DNA of 24,828 nucleotides from positions 1 to 24,828 of the IMG/VR virus record IMGVR_UViG_3300006751_000124. The stretch is one strand, 5' to 3'. This DNA is from a virus (lineage: Duplodnaviria; Caudoviricetes). A program made the translations under genes and the position numbers. Under the pieces are notes generated by a model. It worked only from the letters and a program-made list of their open reading frames with translations, ran no database searches and had not been told where the DNA came from. Of this stretch, positions 16,614 through 24,507 are shown one piece after another. Positions within the stretch are counted from its first letter, which is position 1; each line of letters starts with the position of its first letter.

Positions 16614-17491
16614 TCACTTAATATTCTAATTAAGGATTCTCTCTCTAGTGGCATATCTAGTCCGTGTGTTTTTAATTTTTCTGTCGAAAGAACACAATTA
16701 GATCTGTTGGCAACAATATGTTGTTTTAATTCATTATAATTAATAAGCTTCCAATTCGGGTTCCACATTCCGTACTTATCTAAGATTTGACAAACTTCAT
16801 TTGTTGAAAGAGGCTCAGGATTCACACAATTATAAATACCGCCCGGTAAGTCTTGAATGTTAATAATCTTATTAATCACGAGAAGTAGGTCTTCAATAAC
16901 AGTTTTAGAATTTACTTCATCGAGAATATTATTATATTTTAAGAGTTTACATAAGTAATTTTTTGACGCATTAAAGTCATTACAAACAGGCATTCTTATT
17001 CGAAGAGTATATACGTTGTTGTAATTACGTAAACATAGCTCTGCTGCGTGTTTTGTTTTACTGTACCAACTACTATCAGAGTTAAGTAATCCAAAATTAG
17101 GTTCATCTTCCTCTGTATAGAGTACATTTTCTGGACCGTCATATATACATCCTGAACTTACATTAATCAGTTTTATATCGTACTGTTTACAGAACTGAGC
17201 TAGAACGGTAGGAAATGTTACATTTAAATCCCAGCAGATTTGCTTATTTTCTTCACAAGCGTCTACATTTGGTTTTCCAGTATATCCAACACAATTAACT
17301 ATCCATTTAAGTTGTGATCCGCGAAACTCGGACAATAAGTTACTAAATAATGTTTCTTTTAAGCTTTCTGGTACATTATACTTGTAATCTGATAGGTGAA
17401 CTATATCATGTATATTTCCGATAGTATCAAAAAGATATCTATATGTCTTACTCCCTATGTAACCGTTTCCTAAAACAACTATCTTATTCAT
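16610..17491 (-). CDS. NDP-4-keto-6-deoxyglucose 3,5-epimerase/4-reductase (UER1/NRS-ER-type, RmlD superfamily)
   Basis: G.GYIG, GYTGKPNVDACE, GCIYD, EEDEPNF, SWYSKTK, TLRIRMP, KNYLCKL..Y, GIYN.VNP and ANRSNCVL match the plant UER1 / giant-virus bifunctional subfamily signature (GxTGRPNVDWCE, TLRVRMP, PRSNNEL). Confidence 0.8.
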   Translation of the reverse strand: MNKIVVLGNGYIGSKTYRYLFDTIGNIHDIVHLSDYKYNVPESLKETLFSNLLSEFRGSQLKWIVNCVGYTGKPNVDACEENKQICWDLNVTFPTVLAQFCKQYDIKLINVSSGCIYDGPENVLYTEEDEPNFGLLNSDSSWYSKTKHAAELCLRNYNNVYTLRIRMPVCNDFNASKNYLCKLLKYNNILDEVNSKTVIEDLLLVINKIINIQDLPGGIYNCVNPEPLSTNEVCQILDKYGMWNPNWKLINYNELKQHIVANRSNCVLSTEKLKTHGLDMPLERESLIRILSE

Positions 17492-17774
17492 TTGTATTTG
17501 TTTGTTCTTGTACGTCTCTAAAAAAGTCTACTCCCGCAACGCGTCTTAATAATGTTTCTATAGCGTCGTAATCTTGAGGTGTTTTACCAGAGACCATTAC
17601 TACACTTTCTCCTTTAAGATCATATCCTAGTAGTATAAATGATTTTAAATGCTCTCCGAGATAGTCAGTAATAAACGACATATCCTGTTCTTCTATCTCA
17701 GCTGGTTCGACGGCATTAATACTGGACTTTAATAAATTATCGAAATTTTTAGATTTAGGAATTGTCTTTTTCAT
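17484..17774 (-). CDS. hypothetical protein
   Basis: 96 aa, overlapping both neighbours in the run. Confidence 0.7.
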   Translation of the reverse strand: MKKTIPKSKNFDNLLKSSINAVEPAEIEEQDMSFITDYLGEHLKSFILLGYDLKGESVVMVSGKTPQDYDAIETLLRRVAGVDFFRDVQEQTNTNE

Positions 17775-18063
17775 TAGGCATTATATCTTTTTCGATTAAT
17801 TTAGTCATAATAACTTCCATACTATCTGTTTTTAACTGAAAGTTTTTAAATCGACTACCGTCATTTAGTTCAAATTTAAAATCTTCAGTCCAGTCGTAAT
17901 TAACATAACAAGTTATATATAAAGCGTTTGTTTGTGGGTTGAGCATTACTGTCCAGCGTCTAGGGTCTTCAGTGGTATACTCGGAGAAAATCCTATTTAC
18001 TGTATACCCATTATCCCTTAATCGCTTAATAAAATACCCGCAAGTTGTGACTTTATTTTTCAT
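17755..18063 (-). CDS. hypothetical protein
   Basis: 102 aa, coupled to the clamp gene by a 1-bp stop/start overlap. Confidence 0.7.
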   Translation of the reverse strand: MKNKVTTCGYFIKRLRDNGYTVNRIFSEYTTEDPRRWTVMLNPQTNALYITCYVNYDWTEDFKFELNDGSRFKNFQLKTDSMEVIMTKLIEKDIMPNEKDNS

Positions 18064-18794
18064 TAGTTTTTATAACTAGTACTAACAAACGTGAGGTCGC
18101 TGTCTTTAAGTTCTAGTTTAATCATAAGCATTTTATATTCATTATTTATATAAATTATAGCTTCGGAAAAACTCAATACAGATATAAGTCTAAATAGTTC
18201 TACGTCTAAAATTAGCTCGTAATCTAATTTATCTCCATCATATTCCTCAGCGAGTATTGTAGTGTAACTATCTACGTTTTGTAGTTTTTTATCTGATAAT
18301 TCAGCATATACGTTTGTATTTTCAGTCTTAAGATATACTTTACTTGATTCGGTGACAAACGGTAATGCTTTTAATATTGCATTATTTTTTTCTTTTGTAA
18401 GTTTAAAATTAGTGTTAAATGTAATATCGTCTATTTTATTAAAATCAAATGCAGTATTTTTAGTTATACTACTATCAAATAAATGATATTTAAATCTATT
18501 AAACTTATCATTATATGTAATACTGTTTTCCTCTACTTTAAGGCGTATATCAGCTTCATCTAAGCATGATAAAATTTTAATTAATTTAACTGTATCCGGT
18601 AAACATATAATATTGTCTTGAGGGTGATCATCCCAACTGACTTTATATTCTGCTTTAAGAAAAATGTTAGAATTATTATGAACAATAGTAGATATATTAT
18701 TGCTTATATCTAGTGTCACCGCTGAATCTAATCTCGAGACCGGATTAAGAAAATTTTGAATAAAATTATCTTTATTCTTTATTGGTAGAATCAT
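18063..18794 (-). CDS. gp45: DNA polymerase sliding clamp, gp45-like
   Basis: 243 aa; ICLPDTVKLIKILSCLDEADI...ITY...RFKYHLFDSSI resembles the gp45 pattern IYDLNxFLxxLSLxxD...KYxxADPS; replication context. Confidence 0.6.
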   Translation of the reverse strand: MILPIKNKDNFIQNFLNPVSRLDSAVTLDISNNISTIVHNNSNIFLKAEYKVSWDDHPQDNIICLPDTVKLIKILSCLDEADIRLKVEENSITYNDKFNRFKYHLFDSSITKNTAFDFNKIDDITFNTNFKLTKEKNNAILKALPFVTESSKVYLKTENTNVYAELSDKKLQNVDSYTTILAEEYDGDKLDYELILDVELFRLISVLSFSEAIIYINNEYKMLMIKLELKDSDLTFVSTSYKN

Positions 18795-19161
18795 TATTTT
18801 CGTTTAATTTGATTCGTATATTAATTTCTTTTGCGTTTTTTGCAACTCTCCGTTCAATTAAAGTTATGAATTTAGTAAATTGTTTTTCAACAGCAGAGAC
18901 CCGCTCTATTAAACTATTCAATAGAGCAGGGTCTCCTGTAATTTGCGGTTGAGGAGCAACAGGTTGAGAAAGAGCAACCTGTTGTTGATGTACTGGTTGT
19001 TGCTGTTGTGGGACTGAGTGACGCGCTGGTTGCTTATATATATCCTTTTGTATAGGAATATCATTCATTGTAGCACTCTTTTGAACAATATCTCTGTTCA
19101 AGCCATGTGCTTGTTTATTCATATCATGAATAGCTAACTTTACTGCGTCTTCGTCGGTCAT
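18772..19161 (-). CDS. hypothetical protein (Gln/Pro-rich linker, coiled coil)
   Basis: 129 aa between gp32 and the clamp gene. Confidence 0.7.
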   Translation of the reverse strand: MTDEDAVKLAIHDMNKQAHGLNRDIVQKSATMNDIPIQKDIYKQPARHSVPQQQQPVHQQQVALSQPVAPQPQITGDPALLNSLIERVSAVEKQFTKFITLIERRVAKNAKEINIRIKLNENNDSTNKE

Positions 19162-19163
19162 CT

Positions 19164-20024
19164 TTATTCTAGAGTATCAAGAAGCTCTTTAACTTTATCA
19201 TCATCAATAGTAGACGATTTAGAGTCACCTTTTGATGTAGATTCTAAATCATCAAAAGGTATATCATCTTCTTCTTCAGCAGGCGGCTTTGTTGATTGTT
19301 TCTGTACGGGCTCTGTTACTGAATCTTCTGTAACTCCGTGGTAGTGCTCGGTAAGCATTGTCTGTAACTCGTCATAGCTTTTGACTGGGAAAACATTTTC
19401 TAGATCAAATGTTTGATCATAAACATCTTTAATAGTATTATCCGTTACTCCTGAGATTTGAGAAGGACTAGCGAAGCGAGAGCTTACGTATGTCGGATAT
19501 CCTCCTTGCTCTTCAACTTTAACTCGAAAACTACAACCTTCACTCGAGAGGTCAAAAATCTTCTCACCGAACTCGTCAGCGTCTTCTCCCTCCATTGCTT
19601 CCATTACAATTTTATGCAACTGACGACCAAAGCGAAGAATTTTTACCTTACCTTCATTTTCAGGATTATCAGGATCCTTTACTACATAAACATTAACAAG
19701 CCAATTTTCTTTACGGTTTAAAGCTTTTGCCTTTTCTTTTTCTTCTTCAGAACCGGTACGAGAGAGTCTATATCGAGCCTCTGCAATAGGATCTCTTTCT
19801 CCCCATGTCTGCGGGCTAATCGCGCTTTGAAATTGCCCGGTCATTTCACTTACCCAACCGTGTGAATAATAATGAAAGAACGTTTTACTAGGATCCTTTA
19901 CGAACGGTACAAGCCGTAATATATATGTATTACCTGGCTTTAGTCGCATAATATTACTAGTTGACGTTTGTTGCGCGGTCTGAGCCATCGCTCCTCTAAT
20001 TGATTCAAACATATTTGTTGTCAT
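19164..20024 (-). CDS. gp32: single-stranded DNA-binding protein
   Basis: LRLVP, HYYSHGW, GERDPI, NVYVVKDPDNPENEGKVKILRFG, FDLSSEGCSFRVKV, YPTYVSSRF and an acidic tail. Confidence 0.93.
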   Translation of the reverse strand: MTTNMFESIRGAMAQTAQQTSTSNIMRLKPGNTYILRLVPFVKDPSKTFFHYYSHGWVSEMTGQFQSAISPQTWGERDPIAEARYRLSRTGSEEEKEKAKALNRKENWLVNVYVVKDPDNPENEGKVKILRFGRQLHKIVMEAMEGEDADEFGEKIFDLSSEGCSFRVKVEEQGGYPTYVSSRFASPSQISGVTDNTIKDVYDQTFDLENVFPVKSYDELQTMLTEHYHGVTEDSVTEPVQKQSTKPPAEEEDDIPFDDLESTSKGDSKSSTIDDDKVKELLDTLE

Positions 20025-20662
20025 TTTCTTTTTAATATTTTATTTATAGTATTAGTTAATTTTATTCCCAAAGGTTTGAGTTTTTTCGAAAATGTATATT
20101 TCGATCTCAAACTACTCAACGTATTATAGAAGCTATTACATGCAAATTCAACTATATTTTTTTCTAGCTTAATATTTTTTTCTGATATATCGAGAGACAA
20201 CAAGGAATAGTAATTAATATCATTATTTTTTAGATCTAGAATAAAATTAGGATATATTCCCGACTGTATGTCGAGGTATTCGTCACATCTTGTTAAATTA
20301 TGTTCAATACACATACCATAAATAAATTTAAAGCTATTTCTTAATCTAGTAATATTAAATTCATGATCAGGTTTTGTTAATTCTATATCTGTTGTGTATT
20401 TTTTATATGTAGAAATAGCGTTAAATGTACTATAAAAATCAAGCGGTACATATTTTTCTGAATATAATTTATATGGTGCATTAAAAAATATAATCGGATC
20501 TATTTTTTTATTTCTTAAAGTATTTGATATTTTCTTAAGTATAACGTATTTTGTATCGTCTAGTTTTTTAAAATCTTTTCGAGGAGTAAACCCCTTTTTA
20601 TCTCTAGAAGTTTTAAGATAAATATTATATATATTTTTCTCAAACACTGATAGGTTATTCAT
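20021..20662 (-). CDS. probable helicase loader, gp59-like
   Basis: 213 aa, basic, immediately upstream of gp32 as in T4; IYNIYL, FKKLDDTKYVILKKIS, AISTYKKY and LKNNDINYYSLLSLD loosely match gp59 segments. Confidence 0.5.
   Translation of the reverse strand: MNNLSVFEKNIYNIYLKTSRDKKGFTPRKDFKKLDDTKYVILKKISNTLRNKKIDPIIFFNAPYKLYSEKYVPLDFYSTFNAISTYKKYTTDIELTKPDHEFNITRLRNSFKFIYGMCIEHNLTRCDEYLDIQSGIYPNFILDLKNNDINYYSLLSLDISEKNIKLEKNIVEFACNSFYNTLSSLRSKYTFSKKLKPLGIKLTNTINKILKRK
20041..20048 (-). promoter_or_regulatory. possible late promoter for gp32
   Basis: Perfect TATAAATA 16 nt before ATG 20024. Confidence 0.5.
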
Positions 20663-20937
20663 AAATCTATAGAATTCTTTTTAAGGTATTTTGTTATATA
20701 TTTACTTTTATATAGATATGGATCGTGTTGTAGAAATATTTTTACTAATCCGAAATTATTATCTATTAATAATGCCCTTTTAAACAGTTCTCTATATTTC
20801 TCTTCTTTTAGAACTACTAAAAATACATTTGCGAGGTTAATCTTTCTATTCTCACAAATAGAAACAAAACTACATAATGTTAGAAAAGTATGTACAATAT
20901 CTTTTCGTTCTAAAATTGTGTATGGACTATCTGTCAT
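20659..20937 (-). CDS. hypothetical protein (occupies the T4 gp33 position)
   Basis: 92 aa helical protein upstream of gp59-like; the gp33 link is positional only. Confidence 0.6.
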   Translation of the reverse strand: MTDSPYTILERKDIVHTFLTLCSFVSICENRKINLANVFLVVLKEEKYRELFKRALLIDNNFGLVKIFLQHDPYLYKSKYITKYLKKNSIDL

Positions 20938-21829
20938 TTTTATTTAGAGGTTCAAATTGTTTACTTAAAGAAAGTACATTATCATTTAATATACCACCAG
21001 CTGCATATTCATGTCCGCCACCGTCACATATTTTCTTAGCGAATTTACTTAAATTAAAATCAATATTTCTATTTCTGCGTAAATATACTCTGTTATTTTT
21101 TAAATTAATCATCATACATACATCACACTTATAATTATCAACAATATATTGTCCAAGATCATTAACATATTCATTAGCAAAAGTACTAATAAAATTATAT
21201 TCTTTTCCTGCTATCGAGAGCTTTGCTTTATATAGATCTATATTATCTCTCATTTTTTTGAATCTATAGAAATGATAGCTGATTATTTTATTTTGTTCAT
21301 TAGTAAAGCCGAAGAACCCATTTTCAAAATCATTAATAAAATTTTGTAATTTATCACCGTTTTTATACCAAAGATAAAAGTTTAATTTATTACTTTCAGG
21401 ATATTTTAATTCATAACAATCATAATCGTTAGCAAATGTAATTAGCTTTTTCTGTTCCCTGGTTAAATTTACGTCTGGATATATGTGATTGAATATTTGA
21501 TATAAATGCTTACTGCATGACGGTTGGTTTACATCGATATATGTTTTAGCAAATGAATAATCATCTTCATGGGATTTGTGATGATCAAAAATAAGTACGT
21601 TGGGTTTATCTATTAAATCTTTAATCTCTGTAGTGTCTAAGTCAAAGAAATATACCCTTTTATAATCTTCAATTTTATTGTAATTAAGCCAACCTAATAT
21701 TTTCTCACGTATGTTAGATACTTTTAATGTTATAGCTTTTGGCTTGGCTTGTTTAAACCATGTATAAATTAAATAACTACAGCAACCGTCGAGATCTAAG
21801 TCTGTAAAAATTATTTCATTCTTGGACAT
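20927..21829 (-). CDS. DHH/DHHA1-family phosphoesterase
   Basis: Motifs TDLDLDG, FFDL, FDHH, NDYD and C-terminal GGGHEYAAGG. Confidence 0.9.
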   Translation of the reverse strand: MSKNEIIFTDLDLDGCCSYLIYTWFKQAKPKAITLKVSNIREKILGWLNYNKIEDYKRVYFFDLDTTEIKDLIDKPNVLIFDHHKSHEDDYSFAKTYIDVNQPSCSKHLYQIFNHIYPDVNLTREQKKLITFANDYDCYELKYPESNKLNFYLWYKNGDKLQNFINDFENGFFGFTNEQNKIISYHFYRFKKMRDNIDLYKAKLSIAGKEYNFISTFANEYVNDLGQYIVDNYKCDVCMMINLKNNRVYLRRNRNIDFNLSKFAKKICDGGGHEYAAGGILNDNVLSLSKQFEPLNKNDR

Positions 21830-21838
21830 TATTTATAT

Positions 21839-23185
21839 TTACAATACTCTCCCGAATTGTACAGCATCGTTTTCCGCAGTATTTACATCTTCGTTAATAT
21901 TTAAATCATTATTTTCTGTAAGTGTAAGAGTGTTATAGTCTATAGAGACTCGAGTGCTCCCTGTATTGGAACCAAATCTATTTTTAATAATGCCGATATG
22001 AAGCGCATCATCTTCTTCATCTTCTTCCGTTCTCCAAATACTTACAATAACATCTGAAGTGGCTCCTAATCCATAACTTTCTCCAATAGCTTCTAATCCA
22101 GGACCATTGGTAGTGTTTCCATAACCTGTTCTATTTACTTGTGTAGCGGTAATGATAGGACATTCAAATGTATATGACATTGCTCTCACTTGTTCAGAAA
22201 TACTCTTAACACGCTCATACGAATTATTACCATATGTACTTGCTAGGAGATTTAAATAATCAAGAACTATAATATCAGGTTTAAATTTCTTATTTATTAA
22301 TTTTTTAATATACCCTTCAAGTTGTGGAGGTGTAATAGAACTCGGAGCAAATTCTTTAATTATCATATTAGCTCGTGGATGAGTCATTTTAAATTTACCT
22401 ACACTTTCTCTTAATTCTTCTACATGATCATGTAAATAGTTTATAGGTAAACCGGTGAGCTTTGATGTAATCCTTTTACAATAAATCATTTCTGACATTT
22501 CAAGAGAAACGACTAAAACATTTTTACCTTCTGCTGCTGCATTGCTTGCAATATTACTTAAAAATATAGACTTACCCACATTAGTAGGTCCGGCGAATAC
22601 ATACATACTACGACCTTGTTCTAAGAAACCACCACCAAGTCTAGAATCTAACCAATCCCATCCTGTTTTAATTTTTTCTTCCCGGGTTGTCAAGTCAGTA
22701 ATATGTTGCTCAACATCTTTAAAATAATTATGACCTACATTAGTAGTAATAGAAATATTACATGCCTTTGAAAATTTGTCATGAATACTTTTTATATCTC
22801 TCTCTTTATTATCAACAATTTCTAAAAATGTATTAAATACGGCTTGCTCTTGTAAGAACCTCTCTGTATAAGAAAGTAATATGTCATTAGATAATTCTAC
22901 TTCTAGAGTGTTAGTAATCTTCTTACTTGCTTGATAATGATCTTTAAGCTGCGGTGTGTTTAAATATAATTCTAATTCAGTGTGAGTAGGTCGTCTATTG
23001 TTTTTTCGATAGAGAGCCTGTATGATTTTAATTATTTGTTTAAAGTCTTTATTTTTAAAGAATTTATAATTAAGATTATCAATAATAGAAGTTAGATAAA
23101 TTTCATCTTCAAGACAATTCTTAAAAACTACCTTTTCTAAATATTCTAAATCTATATCTAAATAATTACTTTCGTTTGTCAGCAT
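21839..23185 (-). CDS. gp41: replicative DnaB-family helicase
   Basis: Walker A GPTNVGKS, SLEMSE, IKEF, IVLDYLNL, TATQVNR.G, ESYG..ATSD and KNRFG. Confidence 0.95.
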   Translation of the reverse strand: MLTNESNYLDIDLEYLEKVVFKNCLEDEIYLTSIIDNLNYKFFKNKDFKQIIKIIQALYRKNNRRPTHTELELYLNTPQLKDHYQASKKITNTLEVELSNDILLSYTERFLQEQAVFNTFLEIVDNKERDIKSIHDKFSKACNISITTNVGHNYFKDVEQHITDLTTREEKIKTGWDWLDSRLGGGFLEQGRSMYVFAGPTNVGKSIFLSNIASNAAAEGKNVLVVSLEMSEMIYCKRITSKLTGLPINYLHDHVEELRESVGKFKMTHPRANMIIKEFAPSSITPPQLEGYIKKLINKKFKPDIIVLDYLNLLASTYGNNSYERVKSISEQVRAMSYTFECPIITATQVNRTGYGNTTNGPGLEAIGESYGLGATSDVIVSIWRTEEDEEDDALHIGIIKNRFGSNTGSTRVSIDYNTLTLTENNDLNINEDVNTAENDAVQFGRVL

Positions 23186-23867
23186 GTTCTAACAGAGTAT
23201 TATAGAAGTATTCTTCTGAATTGCTATAACTTTCTGTGTGGTTGAGCAAGCCAGGAGATTCGTGAATGACATGAATAGGAGCTGTAGTTAAACGTAAACC
23301 AGCTAAATGACAATCTAAACAAAATTTTAAATCATAATGATGAAAACCTTTAAGGTTATTATCAAATTTTATTTTCTTCTTTGCAATTGATTTAGTTCGA
23401 ATAGCTAAAAATACACCATCTAATAATACCACTTCTTTTGGTGTTGCACCAAATATTGTGGGAGAGTAGTCTGTATTATTTTGATAATGTGATACTATTC
23501 CAGATAGGGAGTCTGGTTTACACAATAAATGCCATAGGCAAGGTTTTTTAACTTGTAGTTTACTTCCACCTGCTAGACCTACTACATCAAACCCTTGTTT
23601 AAACAAATTACGGATCTCTACTAAAAAATTTATACTATCAATAAACACATCATCGTGTACGAATAGAATACAATCATATTTTTTAAAGTTTTCTGGTGTA
23701 AGATAATTATTGTAAACATCACACAACCCGCTAGTATTTTTATATGTAGGTTGAAGATCAAACGTAGTTATAGTGTTTTCTTCGTGATGTTGCAAGCTTT
23801 TAGATAATCTAGAATTTAAAAACTCTGCACTCGTAGCTTGTGTAGCGACTGCTATTAAAGTTTTCAT
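23166..23867 (-). CDS. GT-A fold glycosyltransferase (GT2-like, Glyco_tranf_2_5-type)
   Basis: GL..VYN, FVHDDV (DxD-type motif), VVGLAG, LDGVFLA, FD...GFHHYDL.FCL and VIH.S.G. Confidence 0.8.
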   Translation of the reverse strand: MKTLIAVATQATSAEFLNSRLSKSLQHHEENTITTFDLQPTYKNTSGLCDVYNNYLTPENFKKYDCILFVHDDVFIDSINFLVEIRNLFKQGFDVVGLAGGSKLQVKKPCLWHLLCKPDSLSGIVSHYQNNTDYSPTIFGATPKEVVLLDGVFLAIRTKSIAKKKIKFDNNLKGFHHYDLKFCLDCHLAGLRLTTAPIHVIHESPGLLNHTESYSNSEEYFYNTLLEHADKRK

Positions 23868-24505
23868 AAAAAGAATGGTGTCATGTTTAGTTCAAATTCT
23901 TCTTCTTTATTAAAGGTATTATTAGTAAAATTATAAATCAGAACAGTACCTTCAGTTATATCTTTATATTCATCACTCACTTGAATCGAACTAAAATCCC
24001 CACCGTTACTAAATAGTGTAGAGCCTGATCTAAATATACGTAATTCTGCATGGTCGGTGTCATAGTACCAGCAACCAAATGTTCCTTGTAGCGCAGAGAT
24101 TGCGTCATTAAATCCTATTTTTTCTATTAAGGGTAAAATCACATTACTATCTACTTTACATTTAATATCTAAATTATACTCTTGTATTAATTCTTCATGA
24201 TTAGATAGTACGCCATTATGTGCTATGTATCTATTTTTAAAACTAAACGGGTGAGAAGTCTCTATATTAAAGTCTCGAACGTTGGATGTTGGTGACTGTA
24301 CGTGACCTAGGTAATATATACAGAAAGGGTTTTCTTCTATATGCTTATCAAAATCTTGTTCATATTTTGTTGACACACGAATATCATTTTTCATCCCACC
24401 GGGGAATAGCATTGTCACGCTACGTACAAAGTTTCCTCTTTCAGAGTTTTTTGTATATAGCTCTCTAAACGTCTTAATATTGTTTGATCCAAAAATTCCA
24501 CACAT
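23864..24505 (-). CDS. stand-alone class II (Ntn) glutamine amidotransferase
   Basis: MCGIFG (catalytic Cys after Met removal), ERG, GHVQSPT, HPF, AHNGVL.N, VDS and LQGTF; no synthase domain. Confidence 0.85.
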   Translation of the reverse strand: MCGIFGSNNIKTFRELYTKNSERGNFVRSVTMLFPGGMKNDIRVSTKYEQDFDKHIEENPFCIYYLGHVQSPTSNVRDFNIETSHPFSFKNRYIAHNGVLSNHEELIQEYNLDIKCKVDSNVILPLIEKIGFNDAISALQGTFGCWYYDTDHAELRIFRSGSTLFSNGGDFSSIQVSDEYKDITEGTVLIYNFTNNTFNKEEEFELNMTPFFL

Positions 24506-24507
24506 AG

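Noticed and set aside
5980-17491. Bacterial O-antigen locus or host contamination as the source of the rml genes
   Set aside because: The genes overlap phage core genes directly, are split across modules, and lack wzx/wzy-type neighbours.
16462-18150. TATAAATA at 16462-16469 (+, antisense to rmlB) and 18143-18150 (-, inside gp45)
   Set aside because: Not next to a start codon, and such 8-mers are expected by chance at this AT content.
11373-24468. Remaining short overlapping ORFs (11373, 13192, 15830, 15936, 15964, 19458, 20877, 22542, 24286)
   Set aside because: Nested in or antisense to conserved genes, with no independent support.
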